Below are positions 56,900 to 64,000 of a stretch of DNA of 64,000 nucleotides, in pieces (the first letter of the stretch is position 1; every line of letters begins with the position of its first letter). A model generated the notes under the pieces. That model made no database searches and was not told the origin of the DNA. It saw nothing but the letters and a program-made list of their open reading frames with translations. The stretch is taken from positions 352,001 through 416,000 of the forward strand of contig CBDBHB010000009.1 in NCBI GenBank assembly GCA_965205505.1, in the 5' to 3' direction. Made by a program: the position numbers and the translations under genes. This DNA comes from Acidobacteriota bacterium (GTDB lineage: Bacteria; Acidobacteriota; UBA890; WLXD01).

Positions 56900-58876
56900 A
56901 TGTTGGGTATTCAGAGCTCGATTCGGACGAGCCTGTGCGTGAGCCTTGTCCTGGCGGGTAGCGTGGTAGCTGGCGCTCAGGATGCCGGGCCGGCGGCGTC
57001 GGGCGAATGGCACTACTACGGCGGGGACAAGGGGTTCACCAGGTACTCGCCTCTTGATCAGATCAATCTCGACAACGTCGGCGATCTCGAGATTCTCTGG
57101 CGTCGCCCCAAGGTAACCGCCCAGCTGAAACAGGCGTTCCCCGATCTCAACGTCAACGACAACCTGCGGTCGACGCCGATCATGGTCGGTGGGGTGCTCT
57201 ACGCCCCCAACGGCGTTGGGCTGGTGGAGGCCTTCGACGCCGGAACCGGCAAGACGGTCTGGGAACAGGAGCCGTTCGACAGCACCCCGGAGGGCATGAG
57301 CGGTTCGAGCTCCCGCGGCCTCGACTACTGGGAGAGTGGCACCGACCGGCGGGTGTTCGTGGCGAGGCGCCGGTATCTCTATGCCCTCAACGCCAGAACC
57401 GGCGCCTACTACCCCGACTTCGGCGAAAACGGGCGCGTCGACCTTCACCGCGACTTGCCGTGGGCAGAATACAGCTGGTCGATCGCCGCCCCGGTCGTCG
57501 TCGGCGATGTTGTGGTCGTCGCCGGGAACGGTGGTGGCGGTGGCGACTTCGGAAACAAGAAAGAAGCTGCTCCGGAGGACGTACGGGGTTACGACGTGCG
57601 TACGGGCGAGCTCGTGTGGACGTTCCACGTGAGGCCGCGGCCGGGTGAGTTCGGCGACGACACCTGGGGCGACTCGTGGTGGTACGGGGGCGCCATGGGT
57701 GCCTGGGGCGGGCTCAGCGCCGACGAAGAGCTCGGCTACGTGTATGTGCCGCTGACCGCTCCCAGCAACAGTCTCTACGGCGGCCACCGGCCCGGGGACA
57801 ACCTGTACGCTGACAGCCTTGTGGCCATCGACGCCAAGACTGGCAAGCGCGTTTGGCATTTCCAGATGGTTCATCACGATCTGTGGGACTACGACAACAT
57901 CGGCGCCCCTGTTCTCGGTAACATCACGGTCGATGGCAAGCAGATCAAGGCGGTGATGCAGCCCAACAAGACCGGGTTTGTCTACGTCTTTGATCGGGAG
58001 ACGGGCGAGCCGGTGTGGCCGATCGAAGAGCGGCCTGTGCCGCAGTCGACGGTTCCGGGCGAGCAGACCTCGCCGACGCAGCCGTTTCCGACCAAGCCGC
58101 CACCGTTCGACCGTCAGGGCTTGACCGAGGACGACCTGATCGACTTCACGCCCGAGCTCAGGGCCGAGGCACTCAGGATCATGAATCAGTACGTCACCGG
58201 TCCGATCTTCACGCCGCCGTCGTTGGCGGACGAGGCGGCGAACGGAACGATCGTGGTACCGGGAACCTGGGGTGCGGCGAACTGGCACACGCCGGCGTTC
58301 GATCCGGAGACCGGCGTTTTCTATGCCGCATCGCACACGCTCCCGTACATCAACGACATGGTCGCAGCCACCGGCGACGCGACGATGGATTACGTGATCA
58401 AGTCGCCGCCGCCCGGGGCAGGCCGCGGCTGGCGACAGAGCCATCAGGAACTGGCCACGCCATTCGGGCTCCCGCTCACCAAGCCCCCGTACGGGCGGCT
58501 CACGGCGATCGACATGAACCAGGGGGAGCACGTGTGGCAGGTCGCGGTTGGCGATGGGCCACGCGATCATCCCTTGCTGCGAGATCTCGACCTGCCGCCG
58601 CTCGGCATCGCCAATCGCGCCGCCCCGCTCGTCACCAAGACGATGCTGTTCATCGGCGAGGGGAATGATGCCATGCTAGGTGTTGCCCGCGGCGCCTGGG
58701 GAACGATGTTTCGGGCGCTGAACAAGGCCACCGGCGAGACGATCTGGGAGATGCAGCTGCCGGCGGGCGCGACAAGCGCGCCAATGACCTATCTGGACGA
58801 CGGCAAACAGTACGTCGTCGTGGCTGTCGGTGGTCGCGATTACCCGGCCGAATGGGTCGCCCTCGGCCTGCCGTGA
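56900..58876 (+). CDS. PQQ-dependent glucose/quinate dehydrogenase-like protein (soluble)
   Basis: GGGAGG RBS; RYSPLDQIN, HHDLWDYD, PVWPIEERPVP and KPPYG motifs. Confidence 0.9.
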   Translation: MLGIQSSIRTSLCVSLVLAGSVVAGAQDAGPAASGEWHYYGGDKGFTRYSPLDQINLDNVGDLEILWRRPKVTAQLKQAFPDLNVNDNLRSTPIMVGGVLYAPNGVGLVEAFDAGTGKTVWEQEPFDSTPEGMSGSSSRGLDYWESGTDRRVFVARRRYLYALNARTGAYYPDFGENGRVDLHRDLPWAEYSWSIAAPVVVGDVVVVAGNGGGGGDFGNKKEAAPEDVRGYDVRTGELVWTFHVRPRPGEFGDDTWGDSWWYGGAMGAWGGLSADEELGYVYVPLTAPSNSLYGGHRPGDNLYADSLVAIDAKTGKRVWHFQMVHHDLWDYDNIGAPVLGNITVDGKQIKAVMQPNKTGFVYVFDRETGEPVWPIEERPVPQSTVPGEQTSPTQPFPTKPPPFDRQGLTEDDLIDFTPELRAEALRIMNQYVTGPIFTPPSLADEAANGTIVVPGTWGAANWHTPAFDPETGVFYAASHTLPYINDMVAATGDATMDYVIKSPPPGAGRGWRQSHQELATPFGLPLTKPPYGRLTAIDMNQGEHVWQVAVGDGPRDHPLLRDLDLPPLGIANRAAPLVTKTMLFIGEGNDAMLGVARGAWGTMFRALNKATGETIWEMQLPAGATSAPMTYLDDGKQYVVVAVGGRDYPAEWVALGLP

Positions 58877-60267
58877 GCCGTTCGGTCGCCGCAGGAGCCG
58901 TGCGCCGAACCCCGTTGCCGGCGGCCCTCTGTTTCGCGCTGCTGGCCATTCTCATCGGTGATGGGCCGGCCGACGCACAGCAGGCTCTCGACGTGCGCGT
59001 GCTCGACGCGCGGGCGCGCCAAGAGAACCTCGACCTCATTCGGCAGGAGAAGTTCGATCTCGTCTTGCCGGGAGCGATGCGCGACAACGGTATCGATATG
59101 TGGATCCACTGGATCCGCATGGGCAACCCCGATCCGCTCGAGCAGGACCTGGGTGCCGAGTTCGGAGTGTTCATCTTCACCGACCGCGGCGGCGAGCGCA
59201 TCGAGCGAGCCGTGCTGCAGCCGTTTCACCTGTCGGATCGGACAGCCTACGACATCGTCGGCGATCTGGAGGACCTGCGCGACCATGTGCACGAGCGCGA
59301 CCCGCAGCGCATAGGCATCAACAGCTCGGCCTGGCTCGGGGTGGCCGACGGCATGTCGCGCAACGACTACCAGGAGCTGGTCGAGGCCATTGGTCCGGTC
59401 TATGCCGAGAGGTTGGTATCGGCCGAGCAGCTGATCACCGACTTCCGCGTGCGCCGCGTGCGGCGCGAGCTCGCGGCGTTTTCCACGGCGGGGGAGATGA
59501 CTCGGCGGACGCTGGAGCGCGTACTCTCCAACGAAGTGATCACACCGGGGCTGACGACGCGCGCCGACGCCGCCTGGTGGGTGCAGGATCGGCTACTGGA
59601 AATGGGAGTTGGCTCCTCCTTCGGAGTCAGCATGCCGCGCATCTCGCGTTCCGCCAGCGCCGATTCGGAGACCTCACGGCGGCCCGACTACGTGATCGGC
59701 CGTGGGGACTTCCTGACCTACGACATGGGAATCCGGTATCTGAACTTCGGCACCGACTTCAAGCGCCACGCCTACGTGCTGCGCGAGGGTGAGTCCGCAC
59801 CGCCGGCCGATCTGCAACATGCCTGGGACGAGGGCCATCGAGCACGCCAGATCATCCGTGCCAACATCAAGGTGGGTCGCACGGCCGGCGATACGTTGGC
59901 GATCCTGGCGCACGCCTTGGAGGCGGAGAGCTACGTCTACACGCCTTTCGTCAACGACGGGCGCGATCGTGACATCGTGGCAGCACTTGGCGACGATCGG
60001 CGCACCGGCATCTCGATCGACTGTCACATGGTCGGCAACACCGGCAACAGCCAAGCCGCTGTCGGCCCGGCGATCGCCCCGTTCCGGCAGAGCAAGGCGC
60101 ATCTGGTCATCCAGCCGACGCACCTGTTCTCGCTGGAGTTCGTGGTCCACTCGCTGATGGACGACGGCACCAGGTTGGCTATCAACTTCGAGGACAACGC
60201 GATTGTCACCGATAACGGCGTCGAGTGGCTTTACCCGCCCAACTCGCGCCTCCTGCTGATTCGCTGA
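58873..60267 (+). CDS. M24-family peptidase, secreted
   Basis: GTGA overlap; close paralogue of the 20214 gene (YDMG..TDFKRHAY, HMVGN, FEDN). Confidence 0.85.
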   Translation: MSRSVAAGAVRRTPLPAALCFALLAILIGDGPADAQQALDVRVLDARARQENLDLIRQEKFDLVLPGAMRDNGIDMWIHWIRMGNPDPLEQDLGAEFGVFIFTDRGGERIERAVLQPFHLSDRTAYDIVGDLEDLRDHVHERDPQRIGINSSAWLGVADGMSRNDYQELVEAIGPVYAERLVSAEQLITDFRVRRVRRELAAFSTAGEMTRRTLERVLSNEVITPGLTTRADAAWWVQDRLLEMGVGSSFGVSMPRISRSASADSETSRRPDYVIGRGDFLTYDMGIRYLNFGTDFKRHAYVLREGESAPPADLQHAWDEGHRARQIIRANIKVGRTAGDTLAILAHALEAESYVYTPFVNDGRDRDIVAALGDDRRTGISIDCHMVGNTGNSQAAVGPAIAPFRQSKAHLVIQPTHLFSLEFVVHSLMDDGTRLAINFEDNAIVTDNGVEWLYPPNSRLLLIR

Positions 60268-60287
60268 ACGGAGACGTGGAGACAACG

Positions 60288-61391
60288 ATGGGAAGAAAAC
60301 AAGGCGCGCTGTTCGTCATGCTCGCAGCGGCCGTTGTCGCGCTGACGGTTCTGCCGGGCGCGGCGACGGTTGGGCAGCAACCTGTCCTCACCGATGAGTT
60401 CGAGCGTTTCCTGGTGACCCGGGACACACGGATCGGCGAGGTGCTAGGCAGCGCCGACCTAATCTTTCCGACCGACAAGAAGATCACCTGGAGCCTGGTG
60501 GCCCCGATCCCCGGAGGCGATCGGCGCAACTACCTGCGCGAGGGTCAGCTCGACGCCACCGAGATCGTTGGCATCGACTCGGACACCGGCGAGATCAGCC
60601 TCGAGGCACACCCTGGCGCCTATGACGCGCACTACTACGCCGAGGTACGAGCCGACAACGAAGACGGCTTCATGGAGGCGGTGCTCATCATCATCGCCCT
60701 CGAGGAGACGCCCAAGCAGGAGAACGCCCTCGATATCTTCACGCAGCGCGTCGAGACGCCTGGCGTGACCTTCTGGGCCACAGCGCGGGTCGACCCGGCG
60801 AAGGTCGACTACGCCGCCAAGATCGCCAACACGCTGCTCTTGAAGGACCGTAGCGGCTCCGGCCGCATCACCGAGGCGGTCAAGCAGCGGCAGGCGATCA
60901 TGACGCTTTTCTATACGTTCGAGGAGCGCAATACCTCGATCGGTTTCTACATGCACCGCCGGGCGCTCCGTCTACGCACCCAAGACCTGGAAGACGAGGA
61001 GATCATCCCCGACTACCTGCGGTTGGGAGGCCCCGAAGGGCTCCGCCGCGATGCCTCGGTTGAGGAGATCACCCACCTGATCCACCGCGGCGGCATCATG
61101 GTGGCCTACCCCGAGGTGCAGGAGCGAATCGAGCGCGCTACCGCGGTCGCCATCGAGCGCGGCTTCTACAGGCCGCAGCCCGGATTGCCGGCCGATTCCT
61201 TCGCTGACGAATATCTGGCGTTCGGCGTCGATATCTTCTACGGTGCCCACCGCCGTCGTAGCTTCGAGGGCGTGGCGCTGACACCCGAGAACTTGCCCAC
61301 CCTTGATCCGGAACTCTACGAGATTCTGTCGTTCCTGTTCCCGTCGCGCGAGGAGTTCTTCCGCGAGATGGGTTGGGAAGACGACATCTAG
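60288..61391 (+). CDS. Secreted cadherin-like + EExxH metalloprotease-like protein
   Basis: IDSDTGEISL...VRAD cadherin-like strand pattern; RDASVEEITHLIH...DEYL. Confidence 0.65.
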   Translation: MGRKQGALFVMLAAAVVALTVLPGAATVGQQPVLTDEFERFLVTRDTRIGEVLGSADLIFPTDKKITWSLVAPIPGGDRRNYLREGQLDATEIVGIDSDTGEISLEAHPGAYDAHYYAEVRADNEDGFMEAVLIIIALEETPKQENALDIFTQRVETPGVTFWATARVDPAKVDYAAKIANTLLLKDRSGSGRITEAVKQRQAIMTLFYTFEERNTSIGFYMHRRALRLRTQDLEDEEIIPDYLRLGGPEGLRRDASVEEITHLIHRGGIMVAYPEVQERIERATAVAIERGFYRPQPGLPADSFADEYLAFGVDIFYGAHRRRSFEGVALTPENLPTLDPELYEILSFLFPSREEFFREMGWEDDI

Positions 61392-61432
61392 CTCGCCACC
61401 GCGATCGCGCACCGCACCATGGAGGCCAACCC

Positions 61433-62830
61433 GTGAAGATATCGAGAGTCATGACGCTCCTCGCCCTGTCGACGTTGCTCATCTCACCAGGCCGTGCTGC
61501 GCCACAGTCTGCGGACGGGCCGATCACGGTGCTCACGAACGCCAACGTGATCGACGCCACGGGTAGCCCGGTGCAGCCGGGTATGACGGTGGTGATCACC
61601 GGCAACACGATTACCTCGATCAGCGGTGGGGCCTACCAGCCGACCGGTGAAGAGGAAAGCATCATCGACCTCGATGGTGCCTATGTCGTTCCGGGCTTCT
61701 GGAACATGCACACCCACCTGACCGCCTTACTGCCCCACAACCATGCGCTCGACGGCGCCAGCAGCGGCTCAAAGGTCATTCGTGCCGGTGTCAACGCCAT
61801 GGAAGGCCTGCGCCACGGTTTCACGGCGCTGCGCTCCGTCGGTGAAGAGGACTACATCGACGTGACCTGGCAGCGGGCCTTCGATCAGGGGTATTTCGTG
61901 GGCCCGCGCATTTTCCCCAGCGGCCAGGCGGTCTCGCCCACGGCTGGTCACCGCGGCTCGACCGTCGATGGTGCCGACGGCGTCGCCGCCATCCGTAAGG
62001 CGGTGCGCAGCCGCATCCAGAACGGCGTCAGCACGATCAAAATCCACAACGTCGAGATGCTCCCCGACGAGCTCGCGGCGGTGGTCGAGACCGCCCATAG
62101 CCTCGGCGTTCACGTCACCGCGCACACGCGTGAGCCGGCCGCTCAAGCAGCCGTCGAGGCGGGGGTCGATTGCCTGGAGCACGGCTACGGGCTCACCGAC
62201 CACACCATCGAGCTGATGGCGCGCCGCGGCACCTTCTACGATCCTACGATCATCTGCAATCTGAGCGACCAGTACATCAAGGAGCGCGAAGCGCGGCTGG
62301 CGTCGCTGGGCTACTCCGACGACGAGCAGGCAGTGCGGCTGCGCACGGCGATCGCCTACGCCGACGAGCGCTCGCCGGAACACGCGCTGTACCAGCGGCA
62401 GGCGCTGGTGAAGGCAGCCGAAGCCGGCGTCAAGCTACTCATCGGCTCCGACTCGATGCCCATCGGCGAGATCGGCTGGCTGGAGATGGAGCAGTTCGTG
62501 ATCTCGGGCGTCAGCGAGATGGACACGCTGATCGCGGCGACGCGCAACGGCGCCGACATGATGGGTCTCCTCGACGTGCTCGGCACGGTGGAGGAGGGCA
62601 AGCTCGCCGACCTCGTGGTCCTGGCCGACAACCCGCTCGAGAACATCTCAAACATCCGCACCGTGCAGATGGTGTTCAAGGACGGCATCTCGGTCGAGAT
62701 GGAGCCTCCGCCGGGTATTCTGCGCTTCTACGACTACTTCGATTCCACCGGTCTGCTGCAGGGGTTCCTCGGCAAGTCCGAGAGTGCTGCCGGCTTCAAC
62801 AGAAAAGGTAACCCGTACGCTCAGCAGTAG
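61433..62830 (+). CDS. Amidohydrolase (M38 Xaa-Pro dipeptidase-like), secreted
   Basis: PGFWNMHTH, IK, AH, LEHG, GSD and EGKLADLVVL motifs. Confidence 0.88.
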   Translation: MKISRVMTLLALSTLLISPGRAAPQSADGPITVLTNANVIDATGSPVQPGMTVVITGNTITSISGGAYQPTGEEESIIDLDGAYVVPGFWNMHTHLTALLPHNHALDGASSGSKVIRAGVNAMEGLRHGFTALRSVGEEDYIDVTWQRAFDQGYFVGPRIFPSGQAVSPTAGHRGSTVDGADGVAAIRKAVRSRIQNGVSTIKIHNVEMLPDELAAVVETAHSLGVHVTAHTREPAAQAAVEAGVDCLEHGYGLTDHTIELMARRGTFYDPTIICNLSDQYIKEREARLASLGYSDDEQAVRLRTAIAYADERSPEHALYQRQALVKAAEAGVKLLIGSDSMPIGEIGWLEMEQFVISGVSEMDTLIAATRNGADMMGLLDVLGTVEEGKLADLVVLADNPLENISNIRTVQMVFKDGISVEMEPPPGILRFYDYFDSTGLLQGFLGKSESAAGFNRKGNPYAQQ

Positions 62831-62913
62831 CGCCGGGAGCACGCTGACTCAGTGCGGGTGAGAAGATAGCTGTCCAGGATCAGCAGACCTCACCGGAGGC
62901 CCGGGAGTCCGCC

Positions 62914-64000
62914 ATGAATGAGCCACGAGTCGTTGCCACGAAGCGAGAGGACTCGGTGGTCATCCGGTTTGCCGGCGACTCCGGCGATGGCATGCAGCTC
63001 ACCGGCACGCAGTTCACCACGACGTCGGCGCTGCTCGGCAACGACTTCGCGACGTTCCCTGATTTTCCGGCGGAGATTCGCGCCCCGGCAGACACCATGC
63101 CCGGGGTCAGCGCCTACCAGCTGCACTTCTCCTCGACGGACGTTTACACCGCGGGTGATTCTCCCGATGTCCTGGTGGCAATGAACGCGGCGGCTCTGAA
63201 AGTGAGCCTGCCGATGCTGCCGGCGGGCCGCACCATCATCGTCAACACCGACGGATTTGGTGACGCCAGTCTGAGGAAGGCGGGCTACGCGATCGACCCA
63301 CTGGAGGACGGCACGCTCGACGGCTACCGGGTCGTTCCGGTGCCGCTCACCACGCTCACGATCAAGGTGCTGGAGAGCTCGCCGCTGTCGGTGCGTGAAC
63401 GGCGCCGCTGCAAGAACTTCTACGCCCTCGGAATCATGTACTGGCTCTACTCGCGCCCGCTGGGGACGACCGAAGAGTGGATCCAGAAGCGCTTCAAAAA
63501 CAAGCCGGACATCGTCGAAGCCAACCTCACAGCGCTTCACGCCGGCTACGCGTACGCCCAGGCAAGCGAGCTGTTTCAGGTTCGCTACGAAGTTCCTCCG
63601 ACCCCTCAGGACCCTGGTCTGTACCGCAACATCTCTGGCAACAAAGCGCTGGCGCTCGGGCTCTACTCGGCGGCGTCGCGCGCCGGTCTGCAGCTGTTCT
63701 TCGGTTCCTATCCCATCACCCCGGCGTCGGACATCCTGTCTGAGCTGGCGCGGCTGAAGTCGCAGGGAGTGGTGACGTTTCAGGCTGAGGACGAGATCGC
63801 CGCCGTGTGTTCCGCCATCGGTGCCTCCTTCGGCGGCTCCATCGGCGTCACCGCTACCAGCGGCCCCGGTCTGGCCCTGAAGGCTGAGGCCATCGGTCTG
63901 GCGGTGACCACGGAGCTGCCGCTTGTTATCGTCAACGTGCAGCGTGGCGGACCGAGCACCGGCCTTCCCACCAAGACCGAGCAGTCAGATCTGTTGCAGG
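62914..64000 (+). CDS. korA: 2-oxoacid:acceptor oxidoreductase alpha subunit (partial, runs off the window)
   Basis: Translated by hand: VIRFAGDSGDGMQLTG, YPITPAS, QAEDEIAA, TSGPG and QRGGPSTGLPTKTEQ; missing from the ORF track because it has no stop. Confidence 0.92.
   Translation, partial: MNEPRVVATKREDSVVIRFAGDSGDGMQLTGTQFTTTSALLGNDFATFPDFPAEIRAPADTMPGVSAYQLHFSSTDVYTAGDSPDVLVAMNAAALKVSLPMLPAGRTIIVNTDGFGDASLRKAGYAIDPLEDGTLDGYRVVPVPLTTLTIKVLESSPLSVRERRRCKNFYALGIMYWLYSRPLGTTEEWIQKRFKNKPDIVEANLTALHAGYAYAQASELFQVRYEVPPTPQDPGLYRNISGNKALALGLYSAASRAGLQLFFGSYPITPASDILSELARLKSQGVVTFQAEDEIAAVCSAIGASFGGSIGVTATSGPGLALKAEAIGLAVTTELPLVIVNVQRGGPSTGLPTKTEQSDLLQ

Overview
High-GC bacterial window, most likely Acidobacteriota (inferred from GWxTD proteins, an Oar-type TonB receptor and a PQQ dehydrogenase/dihaem cytochrome pair). 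It is dominated by secreted or periplasmic peptide- and small-molecule-catabolic genes: three tandem M14 carboxypeptidases, four M24-family peptidases, M28, an amidohydrolase, TRAP, ABC (Dpp/Opp) and MFS transporters, two TonB receptors, two PQQ dehydrogenases, a GMC dehydrogenase and a duplicated cytochrome c/copper-monooxygenase unit. It ends in a partial korA-type 2-oxoacid oxidoreductase alpha gene. No intact tRNA/rRNA or CRISPR array was seen. Most notable: (1) a frameshifted IS1111-type (IS110 family) element whose right non-coding end contains readable guide loops matching both its insertion site (the terminus of a MITE) and its own circle junction; (2) three MITE-like elements with different terminal repeats that carry the same co-varying ~100-nt hairpin module; (3) CTAG-bounded repeat ends sitting on TAG stop codons; (4) a modular EExxH/HExxH metalloprotease-like family; (5) an ABC operon with a NicX-like His-His-Asp enzyme and a racemase-fold protein lacking the second catalytic Cys; (6) a shared GntR-type operator in three divergent promoters. 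All calls were made by eye from motifs, with no database searches.
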